Of a DNA stretch of 64,000 bases, positions 53,825 through 63,695 are shown piece by piece. Source of the stretch: Acidobacteriota bacterium (lineage in GTDB: Bacteria > Acidobacteriota > Blastocatellia > Pyrinomonadales > Pyrinomonadaceae); assembly GCA_025463125.1 (NCBI GenBank), contig JAOAPX010000152.1, positions 19,816 through 83,815 on the forward strand, in the 5' to 3' direction. Numbering within the stretch: the stretch's first letter is position 1; each line of letters opens with the position of its first letter. Made by a program: the position numbers and the translations under genes. The notes under the pieces were generated by a model, which saw only the letters and a program-made list of their open reading frames with translations, did no database searches and was not told where the DNA came from.

Positions 53825-55063
53825 TTATTTTTTTCCGCCGAACGGACCTGACGAAATCGTTTGAATAATCGGCAGATAAATCGCCAGCAAAATCGTAATG
53901 ACGATTCCAGCCATAAATAAAAGGATTAGAGGTTCGAGAAGCGTTGTGAGTTGCTCTAAACGCACCTCGGATTCGGCATCGTAGAAATTGGCGACTTCAT
54001 CGAGCATTTCGCGCAAGCTGCCGGAGCTTTCGCCGATGCCGATCATATCGAGCGCGAGCTCGGGCAGCCAGTTGGCTTTTCCGAGCGCCTCGGTAAAGCC
54101 GCGACCTTCGCGAATTAAAGGCAAAACCGCCTGGCTTAAGCGGCGAAGTTCCAGATTATTGATCGATTGCGAAGCGATGTCCCACGATTCGGGAACCGTA
54201 ATGCCGCCTGAAAGAAGAGTTGAAAGCGAGCGGGCGAGCTGCGCCATCGTCATTTGACGAATTAAAGCGCCGACGATCGGAAGTTTCAGTAAAAATTTGT
54301 GCAAAAGCAGCTTCCCGTTCGGAGTTCGGAAATAAAGCACTACGGCAAAACCGAGCACCAAAACCATCGGTAAAAGCCACCAGATGTTTGTCGCAACGGT
54401 GGTGGAAATCGCCAGGACGACGATCGTCACCGTCGGCAAACCCTGATTGGCGTTGATGCCTTTGAATAAATCCGACATTCGCGGAACGATATAGAGCGTT
54501 AGAAACGCCACCATGAATGTTGCCGCGACCAGCAAAAAAGCCGGGTAAGCGAGCGCGCCGCGAAGTTTTCGCGAAACGCCGACGCTGCGCTTTAGATAAT
54601 TAACGAATCGTTCGAGAACATTGTCGAGCGCGCCTGATTTTTCGCCGGAAAGCAGCGAAGCGGTGTAGATTTTCGGAAAAATTCCCTGAGATTCAAATGC
54701 TTCGGACAGCGGAATGCCGCTTTTAATCTTGTCTTCGACGTCCGCCAAAACTCTGCGCATACTTTCCGAACCCGAACGGTTTCGCAAAAGCCCGATTGAT
54801 TGCAAAACGGGGATACCGGCGCGAAGAAGCGCGGAAAGCTGCTGGTTGAAAAGCAAAAAATCGCCCTGCTTGACGCGCCCTTTTTTGCCCGGACTGCCGA
54901 TCGGCAAAACAGCGGAAAGACCGCGTTCAGCCGAGGAAACGGTAAAAACCTTAAAGCCTTCGCTTTCGAGCTGCCGCTTTGCTTCGCCGCTCCCGCTCGA
55001 TTCGACGACTCGCGTTATAACATCGCCCGACGGCGTTCCGAGACGACAGATAAATTCAGCCAT
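53825..55063 (-). CDS. Type II secretion / type IV pilus platform protein (GspF/PilC family)
   Basis: Two T2SSF repeats with three TM helices. 412 aa, located directly upstream of the ATPase gene. Confidence 0.92.
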   Translation of the reverse strand: MAEFICRLGTPSGDVITRVVESSGSGEAKRQLESEGFKVFTVSSAERGLSAVLPIGSPGKKGRVKQGDFLLFNQQLSALLRAGIPVLQSIGLLRNRSGSESMRRVLADVEDKIKSGIPLSEAFESQGIFPKIYTASLLSGEKSGALDNVLERFVNYLKRSVGVSRKLRGALAYPAFLLVAATFMVAFLTLYIVPRMSDLFKGINANQGLPTVTIVVLAISTTVATNIWWLLPMVLVLGFAVVLYFRTPNGKLLLHKFLLKLPIVGALIRQMTMAQLARSLSTLLSGGITVPESWDIASQSINNLELRRLSQAVLPLIREGRGFTEALGKANWLPELALDMIGIGESSGSLREMLDEVANFYDAESEVRLEQLTTLLEPLILLFMAGIVITILLAIYLPIIQTISSGPFGGKK

Positions 55064-55389
55064 ACTTAAAAATTACGATTATCGATTAGAAATTTACGAT
55101 TTATATTTGTGACTTTTCGCCTTTTATCCTGGTGTTGTTGCAATAATCGTAAAATTTTATAATTAATTTTAAGAGCGATTAATTAAGCTTAAAAAGGCAT
55201 ATAATAAATCCAAAAAAAGAAATACGTCGAATTATATCACGCACATATAAAAAAAAGGTTGCAATAGAGGCGCATTTGCCCGAATATTTTTTAGCTTGCA
55301 CAACGATATGTAGTTTACCAACATCAAAAAAAATATCTTGCGGAAGTTAAATTCATTGACTTAAACTAGAGACAATCAAGGAGATTATT

Positions 55390-56385
55390 ATGGCTGTGAA
55401 AATTTCGTGTAATTTCAGCCGATTAAGTATCGCGCAGCAGTTGTTTTTGTTGTCTATAGTCCTCACTTTCGGTACGATTTCGGTATTTTCACAAACGCCG
55501 CAGCCGACTCCGCCCGTGCAGGACGACGACGGGCGTCCGATTACGATTAAAACCGATCTGGTAACGCTTACCTTAACCGTTACAGACGTTTACGGTCGCT
55601 ACGTGTCGGGCTTGTCGAAAAACGCATTTACAATTCTCGATAACAATCAGGAACAGGAAATTACTTATTTTAGCGATGCCGACGCGCCGGTTTCGGTCGG
55701 TATCCTGTTTGACGTTTCAGATTCGATGAGCGGCGAGAAAATCGGCAAAGCGCGCAAAGCTTTGGAAAGATTTATCGGCACGAGTCATCCTTCGGACGAA
55801 TATTTTTTAATCGCTTTTAACAATCGCGCCCAGCTTTTGCTTGACCGCACGCGCGACGGCGAATCGGTTTTGCAAAAACTTACGCTCGTTGACCCGCGCA
55901 ACAACACGGCGCTTTACGACGCCGTTTATCTCGGCGCGGAAAAGGTCACGCGCGGTTCGCATCAGAAAAAAGCGATGCTGATAATCAGCGACGGTCAGGA
56001 CAATTCTTCGCGCTATAATTTCGGCGAAGTCCGCCGCCTTTTGAAAGAATCCGACGTTGTAACTTACGCCGTCGGAATTATGGACGGCGGCGACGCGGGC
56101 AGCCCGACCGGTATGCAGGGACAGGCGTTTTTAGACGAGCTGACTTCGGTTACGGGCGGAAAATCTTTTTATCCGCAGACTGACGTTGAGATGGACGAGA
56201 TATTCGAACGCATCGCGCTCGAGCTCCGGCATCAATACTCGATCGGGTATACGCCGAAAGATTTCGACCCGAACGGTAAATGGCACAAAGTAAAAGTTAA
56301 GGTCAAACCTCCGCGCGGTTTACCGCGTCTAACGGTCAGAAGCCGGGATGGTTATTACGCCACGCCGACGACTCTATATCGTTAA
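55390..56385 (+). CDS. Secreted vWA domain protein (acidobacterial VWFA-related type)
   Basis: Signal peptide, an N-terminal beta-sandwich-like segment (IKTDLVTLTLTVTDVYGRYVSGLSKNAFTILDNNQEQEITYF), and the MIDAS motif DVSDSMSG. Confidence 0.8.
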   Translation: MAVKISCNFSRLSIAQQLFLLSIVLTFGTISVFSQTPQPTPPVQDDDGRPITIKTDLVTLTLTVTDVYGRYVSGLSKNAFTILDNNQEQEITYFSDADAPVSVGILFDVSDSMSGEKIGKARKALERFIGTSHPSDEYFLIAFNNRAQLLLDRTRDGESVLQKLTLVDPRNNTALYDAVYLGAEKVTRGSHQKKAMLIISDGQDNSSRYNFGEVRRLLKESDVVTYAVGIMDGGDAGSPTGMQGQAFLDELTSVTGGKSFYPQTDVEMDEIFERIALELRHQYSIGYTPKDFDPNGKWHKVKVKVKPPRGLPRLTVRSRDGYYATPTTLYR

Positions 56386-56405
56386 GTTGTAGTTTAAGAA
56401 ATAAA

Positions 56406-57515
56406 ATGAAAAGAAATATTTTCGTAATTTTGCCGCTTGTCTTGTGCGGAGCATTTGCCCTTGCTTTTTTTGATTTATCGGCTGCGAGCGCTCAGAATCC
56501 GACGACCAATCGTCAGAGACAAATTCCCGCGCCGACGCCTTCGCCGACGCCTTCGGTTGCGCCTTCAGTCAGCCCGACGCCGGAAGTAGAAGAAATTATC
56601 AAGATCGATACCGAGCTCGTAAATTTGAATGTTCGCGTGGTGGATCGCAATAATCGTCCGGTAAACAATTTATCTCCGAAAGAATTTCAAATTTTCGAAG
56701 ACAATATTTTGCAGCCGATTGAATTTTTCTCGAAATCCGAAGTTCCGACCAATTATTCGCTCGTTATTGATAATTCCGGTTCGCTTCGGATGCAGCTTGA
56801 AAAAGTTATCGAAGCCGGAAAAATTATCGTTAATACGAACCGCGCGGACGATGAAACATCGGTTATACGCTTTATCAGCTCAGACAAAATAGAAATCGTT
56901 CAGGATTTTACGCCGAACAAAACCGATATTATAGACGCGCTCGATAATCTTTACACCGAAGGCGGGCAGACGGCGATTATTGACGCGGTTTATCTCGCGG
57001 CTGAAAAAGTTACGGAATACGAAAAATCTCGCTCGGACGATCGCAAACGCCGCGCTTTGATTCTGGTTTCCGACGGCGAAGACCGCGACAGTTTTTACAA
57101 AGAGCCGCAGCTTTTCGAGCTTCTGCGCGAATCCGACGTACAGATTTACACGATCGGTTTCGTCGGCGAGCTCAGCAAAGAAGGCGGATTTATCAGCAAA
57201 AGCCCGCAATCGAAAGCCAAAGCGCTTTTGGAAAGATTGGCGACCGAAACCGGCGGAAAATCTTATTTTCCGAATAGCATCAACGAGCTGACAACGATCG
57301 CGCAGGATATCGCCAGCGAGCTTCGCACACAATATTCAATCGGTTATATTCCGACCAACGACCGCCGCGACGGCACATTCAGAAATATCAAAGTTCAGGT
57401 AGCCGACGGACCCAACAAACAAAAACGAATCGCCGTCACCAGAAGCGGCAGAACCGCTACGCCGGAAGGCGCGCCGCCGAGCCTGCAAAACACGACTAAA
57501 AAGAGCTCGGAATAA
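56406..57515 (+). CDS. Secreted vWA domain protein, paralog of 55390-56385
   Basis: Same architecture: IKIDTELVNLNVRVVDRNNRPVNNLSPKEFQIFEDNILQPIEFF, with MIDAS motif DNSGSL. Confidence 0.8.
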   Translation: MKRNIFVILPLVLCGAFALAFFDLSAASAQNPTTNRQRQIPAPTPSPTPSVAPSVSPTPEVEEIIKIDTELVNLNVRVVDRNNRPVNNLSPKEFQIFEDNILQPIEFFSKSEVPTNYSLVIDNSGSLRMQLEKVIEAGKIIVNTNRADDETSVIRFISSDKIEIVQDFTPNKTDIIDALDNLYTEGGQTAIIDAVYLAAEKVTEYEKSRSDDRKRRALILVSDGEDRDSFYKEPQLFELLRESDVQIYTIGFVGELSKEGGFISKSPQSKAKALLERLATETGGKSYFPNSINELTTIAQDIASELRTQYSIGYIPTNDRRDGTFRNIKVQVADGPNKQKRIAVTRSGRTATPEGAPPSLQNTTKKSSE

Positions 57516-57530
57516 CTAAAACTTAAAATT

Positions 57531-57578
57531 AAAAAACGTATTCCAAATTATAAAAGAAATTTGGAATACGTTTTTTTT
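57531..57578. terminator. Bidirectional terminator between the vWA genes and the BMC locus
   Basis: cgtattccaaatt / aatttggaatacg is a 13-bp perfect stem flanked by A6 and T8 runs. Confidence 0.8.
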
Positions 57579-57628
57579 CGCTATTTTTTGTTTTCACTTA
57601 AAACCGTTGAGGTAAAAACCAACGGCGC

Positions 57629-57952
57629 TTACTTTCTCTCCGGCACTGAACCGGAAATTTTCTTGCGCGTTGTCTCGCCCGTGTCGATAACCGGAATGCC
57701 GTCCGAAACTTCCGCGTGCGGGCGCGGAATAACGTGCACAGCCGTTACGGTTCCGATGCGCCGCGCCGCCGCCGCGCCCGCATCGACAGCCGCTTTTACA
57801 GCTCCGACTTCGCCGCGCACAATCGCGGTGACGAGTCCGGCGTCAATTTTTTCGTAGCCGACGAGACGGACGTTTGCAGCCTTGACCATCGTGTCGGCAG
57901 CTTCGATCATCGCAACCATTCCCATACATTCAACCATTCCGAGTGCTTCCAT
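57629..57952 (-). CDS. Bacterial microcompartment shell protein, BMC-H (PduA/EutM-like hexamer)
   Basis: [79 protein letters not shown] is a full single BMC domain. It is followed by a ~25-aa tail. Confidence 0.93.
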   Translation of the reverse strand: MEALGMVECMGMVAMIEAADTMVKAANVRLVGYEKIDAGLVTAIVRGEVGAVKAAVDAGAAAARRIGTVTAVHVIPRPHAEVSDGIPVIDTGETTRKKISGSVPERK

Positions 57953-58040
57953 AAATTTCTCTCTTAAAGTTTTTTATAAACGTTTATTTTATCAGCCCGT
58001 CTGAAAATAATTAAATAAACAAAATTAAAGCGCGGCGCGT

Positions 58041-58078
58041 TTTTGCTTTTTTACTTTATTTTTGCTTTTTTACTTTAA
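58041..58078. repeat. 19-nt tandem duplication spanning the stop codon of the zinc-ribbon gene
   Basis: ttttgcttttttactttat followed by ttttgcttttttactttaa (18 of 19 positions identical). Confidence 0.7.
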
Positions 58079-58531
58079 TTGAATCGCTAAAAAAACTATG
58101 ACAATCGCAAATACCATTATTACAAGCGCAACGAGCGCGAACGCCGCGCCAGACTTTTCTTCCGGTTCTTCCCAAACAATTTCGATTTCTTTTTTTTGAA
58201 AAGATTTCGCTTTATTTCGCAAAGAAGCGGCGGATTTTAATTTGGCATCTTTTATCAAATCCGGCTTTTTTTCCGCTGATCCGGCTTTTTCTATCGAAAC
58301 GGGTTTTTGCGTCTCATCGATCGCGTCCGGGACTGGAGTTTTTTCGACAACTTCTCTTTGCTGTTTGCCGGAAAACAATTCGTCTTTGATTCGGCTTTTC
58401 CCATTTTTCCCGCCGTTTTCGGAAGAATTCGGAGAAATAGCGCTTCCGCAGTTGTAACAAAACAACGCCTGCGGGCGAACATTGACTCCGCATGTTTTAC
58501 AAACCTGATTTTCGACGATAATTTCAGCCAT
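58070..58531 (-). CDS. Zinc-ribbon protein with a disordered linker and a C-terminal transmembrane anchor
   Basis: CKTCGVNVRPQALFCYNCGS (CxxC-N12-CxxC), a Lys/Glu-rich linker, and the terminal helix AAFALVALVIMVFAIVIVFLAIQLK. Confidence 0.65.
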   Translation of the reverse strand: MAEIIVENQVCKTCGVNVRPQALFCYNCGSAISPNSSENGGKNGKSRIKDELFSGKQQREVVEKTPVPDAIDETQKPVSIEKAGSAEKKPDLIKDAKLKSAASLRNKAKSFQKKEIEIVWEEPEEKSGAAFALVALVIMVFAIVIVFLAIQLK

Positions 58532-58545
58532 TTAACAATCTTAAA

Positions 58546-58595
58546 TTTGCGAGCGAAAACTATAAAAGAATTTGCGAGCGAAAACTATAAAAGAG
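58546..58595. repeat. 25-nt tandem duplication in the AldDH / zinc-ribbon spacer
   Basis: tttgcgagcgaaaactataaaaga(a/g) occurs twice back to back (24 of 25 positions identical). Confidence 0.85.
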
Positions 58596-58627
58596 TTTAC
58601 AAAATATGTCTTAAAGATGTTCGATAA

Positions 58628-60406
58628 TTATTGCTGTTTGGCAAAAATATCTTTTTCATCGCCTAAATCACGGGCTGAAGGCGTGATGATCGTTTTCGCC
58701 GTGACGTAAATTTTTTCGCCGTTTTCCAGCGCCCGCTTCACGTCGTCTTCGCTGACAAAATCCACGGCTTTCGGTTTCGCCCCGTTGCCGGAATTTTCCG
58801 GTTTCAATTCGTGTATGATTGTTTTCACGGGCGACACGGGTGAATTTGCGATTTCCGGTTTCGGAGCCGCGGTTTCTTTCGGCGCTTCGACCGCGCCGCT
58901 CGATTTTTGATTTTCGTTTAACTTGCCCGATAAAAATTTATCGACGATTGCGGCAATCGCTTCGCGTTTTGCTGATTTGTCGCCGCCGCCTGGAGTTTGC
59001 GGTGTAAAATTGCCGGAAACATTGTTTTGGGTTTTGAATTTCGCGCTTTGAGCCGAAGCGACGGGCTTTGTTTCAAAAGCGACGCGTTTGATGTCCATTA
59101 AATGAAGCGGCGAAACATTGTCGGAAGTAACGTTTCCGCCCCAGGAACCGCACCCTAAAGTCATCGAAGGCGCTAAATCCGTCGAAAACCCGATCGCTCC
59201 GTGCGTCGTCGGCGAATTTATAACTACGCGCGAAGCGGGCATCTGCGCGCCGTAAGCGATTGCCGCCGCGCGATCCTGCGTGTGCATTCCGGCTGTGTGA
59301 CCCATTCCGCCGAACTGCAAAACCTCCAAACATCTGCGCGCGCCCTGCTCGACGCCTTCAACTACGAAAAACGCCAAGGTCGGTGAAAGCTTTTCGATCG
59401 ACCAGGGGAAATCGCGCCCGATTCCGCCGCAATCGGCAAGCAGGCAGCGCGTCCCGGAAGGCACGGAAACTCCGGCTAAATTTGCGATGTATTCGGCTGA
59501 TTTTCCAACGATTTTCGGATTTAAGGTTCTTTGCGGGGTCAATAAAACTTCGGCGACTTTTTCGGCTTCCGCCTGATTTAAGAAATGTCCGCCCTGCAAT
59601 TTAAATTGTTCGCGCACCCGCGCTTCGATCGGCGCATCGACAACGACAGATTGTTCGGAAGCGCAAATCGTGCCGTTATCAAAACAGGTTCCGGTCAGAA
59701 TGTCGCCGACCGCCTTTTCGACGTTTGCAGTTCTTTCGATAAAAACCGGAACGTTTCCCGGACCGACTCCGAAAGCGGGTTTTCCCGAAGAATAAGCCGC
59801 GCGAACCAAACCGGTTCCGCCGGTTGCAAGAATGACCGCCGTGCGTTTGTGCTTCATCAGAGCTTCGGTGCCTTCGATTGTCGAATTCGTCAGGCACTGA
59901 ATCGCATCCGGCGGCAAACCTTCTCTGACGCCGACTTCGCGCATTATTCTCGCCGTTTCCGCAATCGAGCGGGCGGCTGAAGGATGCGGCGAGAGAACGA
60001 TCGTATTTCTCGATTTAACCGCGATTATAATTTTAAAGATGGTCGTCGAAGTCGGGTTCGTCGAAGGAATAATCGCCGCGACGACTCCGCGCGGCGAGGC
60101 GATTTCAACGATGCTTTCGGTTTCGCGAACGACGCCGACCGTTTTTAAGTTACGAAAATAATTCCAGACGTCTTCCGCCGCAAAACGATTTTTCTCGCGT
60201 TTGTCTTCGGCTTTGCCGAAACCGGTTTCTTCGTGAGCCATCGAACCGAGACGCGCCGATTCCGCCAGCGCGGCTTTCGCCATCGCTTCGCAGATTCGAT
60301 CGATTTTCGTCTGGTCGAACGCGGCAACAGACGTAAAAGCAAGATGCGCGGCTTCGACCGCGTCGCGCGCTTCCTGCTGTGCAATTAAATCGTTGTGTTC
60401 GGGCAT
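58628..60406 (-). CDS. CoA-acylating aldehyde dehydrogenase (AdhE N-terminal-domain type) with a ~147-aa C-terminal extension
   Basis: Collinear by eye with the ALDH half of AdhE ([68 protein letters not shown]). No Fe-ADH domain follows. Residues 446-592 form a novel tail. Confidence 0.92.
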   Translation of the reverse strand: MPEHNDLIAQQEARDAVEAAHLAFTSVAAFDQTKIDRICEAMAKAALAESARLGSMAHEETGFGKAEDKREKNRFAAEDVWNYFRNLKTVGVVRETESIVEIASPRGVVAAIIPSTNPTSTTIFKIIIAVKSRNTIVLSPHPSAARSIAETARIMREVGVREGLPPDAIQCLTNSTIEGTEALMKHKRTAVILATGGTGLVRAAYSSGKPAFGVGPGNVPVFIERTANVEKAVGDILTGTCFDNGTICASEQSVVVDAPIEARVREQFKLQGGHFLNQAEAEKVAEVLLTPQRTLNPKIVGKSAEYIANLAGVSVPSGTRCLLADCGGIGRDFPWSIEKLSPTLAFFVVEGVEQGARRCLEVLQFGGMGHTAGMHTQDRAAAIAYGAQMPASRVVINSPTTHGAIGFSTDLAPSMTLGCGSWGGNVTSDNVSPLHLMDIKRVAFETKPVASAQSAKFKTQNNVSGNFTPQTPGGGDKSAKREAIAAIVDKFLSGKLNENQKSSGAVEAPKETAAPKPEIANSPVSPVKTIIHELKPENSGNGAKPKAVDFVSEDDVKRALENGEKIYVTAKTIITPSARDLGDEKDIFAKQQ

Positions 60407-60412
60407 CGTTTT

Positions 60413-60495
60413 TCAATTACGAATTATCAATTGCGAACTTTAAACAGTGAATCTATTTCTTTATTTGTAATTCGCAGATTGAAACTCGTAATTGT
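60413..60495 (-). repeat. Long imperfect hairpin filling the BMC-H / AldDH spacer
   Basis: Minus-strand arms caattacgagtttcaatctgcgaatt and agttcgcaattgataattcgtaattg pair over about 22 bp with small bulges. The hairpin ends 6 nt before the AldDH ATG. Confidence 0.5.
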
Positions 60496-60497
60496 TC

Positions 60498-60893
<396 letters not shown>

Positions 60894-61020
60894 TGTTTAT
60901 TCCTCTCTTTTTTGATTTACCTTATCAGATTTTAATATAAGCTTTTAATAAAGCCTAAACGTAACACGGGGAAAATCAATAATCAAGCCCGCACCTTTTA
61001 ACTAAAAGACTTTGAAACAA

Positions 61021-61050
61021 TTGACATTTTCCGTCCGACAAAGATATATT
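61021..61050 (+). promoter_or_regulatory. Candidate sigma-70 promoter of rodZ
   Basis: TTGACA (61021-61026), an 18-nt spacer, then TATATT (61045-61050). Confidence 0.45.
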
Positions 61051-61113
61051 TCAAATCTAAGATCGTTTTTATTTAGCAGTTTTCCAAACGCAGTAATACC
61101 CGTAAACAACAAC

Positions 61114-61944
61114 ATGTCACAAACACTTGGCGAAAAATTGCGACAAGCCCGCGAAGAGCGAGGCATCAGTATCAGTGAAGTTGCGGAGCAGACGCGAATC
61201 TCTCCGCACTACCTGGAATTAATCGAAAACGATGATTACCGAACGCTGCCCGGCGGAATTTTTAACAAAGGTTTTGTTAAATCTTACGCCAAATATGTCG
61301 GTATCGACGAAGTCGAAGCGTTACAGGACTATTCCAGATTGATTTCCTCGCAAAGCAGTGAAACAAGCGAAGAGCCGAAAACATATCGCCCGGAAGTTTT
61401 GACCGACGAGCGATCGAGTTCTTCGTTTCTTCCGACGCTGATTTTTGCCGCTGTGATTCTCGGTTTAATGACCGTGGGAATACTCGCGCTCGTTAATTAT
61501 CTGCAATCGGAATCGGCTGTTGTCGTAACAAACAATATTAATCAGGCAAATTCCAACGCCGCGAACGCTAATCCGGCTGCGGCGAGCACGCCGCAGGCAA
61601 ACACGGCTCAAGCGATTCCCGCAACCGATGAAATAAAACTGGAATTTAAATCTCTGGCGGATGTTATCTCGGTCAGCGCGACGGTTGACGGAAAATTGAC
61701 GAACGAAAGCGTCACGAAAGAAAATCCGAAAACCTATACCGGGCAGCAGAGCGTAAAGGTTAGGTATTACAAAGGTTTTGCCAATCAGGTTCAATTGTCG
61801 CTTAACGGAAAACAAATCACTGCGCCCGCGGCGCCCGCAAGAGGCAACGGAATCGAGGTTGAAATCAACAAAAACAATATCGCTCAAATTTTACAGAGCG
61901 GACAAATTCAAACCGGAGCCGCGGCACCGGCTGCGCCCAGATAA
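61114..61944 (+). CDS. rodZ: RodZ-like cytoskeleton protein (HTH, TM helix, C-terminal DUF4115-like domain)
   Basis: LGEKLRQAREERGISISEVAEQTRISPHYLELIENDDY...PGGIFNKGFVKSYAKYVG, a TM helix, and a C-terminal beta domain. I prefer the start at 61114 because the candidate promoter lies inside the longer track ORF. Confidence 0.8.
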   Translation: MSQTLGEKLRQAREERGISISEVAEQTRISPHYLELIENDDYRTLPGGIFNKGFVKSYAKYVGIDEVEALQDYSRLISSQSSETSEEPKTYRPEVLTDERSSSSFLPTLIFAAVILGLMTVGILALVNYLQSESAVVVTNNINQANSNAANANPAAASTPQANTAQAIPATDEIKLEFKSLADVISVSATVDGKLTNESVTKENPKTYTGQQSVKVRYYKGFANQVQLSLNGKQITAPAAPARGNGIEVEINKNNIAQILQSGQIQTGAAAPAAPR

Positions 61945-62027
61945 AAAGTTTTTTTATGTTGCTTTTACGAAAGCTGAAAATCATATTCCAATTACGAAAA
62001 TTACATTTTAAGCAGAAAAGCGCCCGC

Positions 62028-62059
62028 CAATTATGTGCGGGCTTTTTTGTATTTCTATT
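62028..62059 (+). terminator. Terminator after rodZ
   Basis: GCCCGC-caattatgt-GCGGGC followed by TTTTTT. Confidence 0.75.
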
Positions 62060-62121
62060 TCAAAGGGTCCGGCGGCAATTTTTGCGGCGCGCCGACTTGA
62101 AATCTGAACCTTTAAACTTGA

Positions 62122-63603
<1,482 letters not shown>

Positions 63604-63608
63604 TAAAA

Positions 63609-63648
63609 AAAAGAAAGGACGGGCACAAGACTCGTCCTTTCTTTTTTC
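63609..63648. terminator. Bidirectional terminator after guaB
   Basis: aagaaaggacg / cgtcctttctt stem flanked by A and T runs. Confidence 0.8.
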
Positions 63649-63695
63649 TTCCTTTTAACTTTTCTCTTTCAACCTTTCTCTTTTAATTTTTCCTT

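Noticed and set aside
56281-56296. TGGCAC and TGGCAA words inside coding regions (for example 56281, 25521, 61131) considered as sigma-54 sites
   Set aside because: They lack a TTGC element at the required spacing and lie within ORFs.
58546-58595. Tandem repeats near the BMC locus considered as a CRISPR array or mini-array
   Set aside because: There are only two directly abutting copies with no spacers, and no cas genes are present in the window.
61012-61113. Longer RodZ ORF starting at 61012
   Set aside because: A good TTGACA-18-TATATT promoter lies inside the extension. The conserved HTH N-terminus begins at the ATG at 61114.
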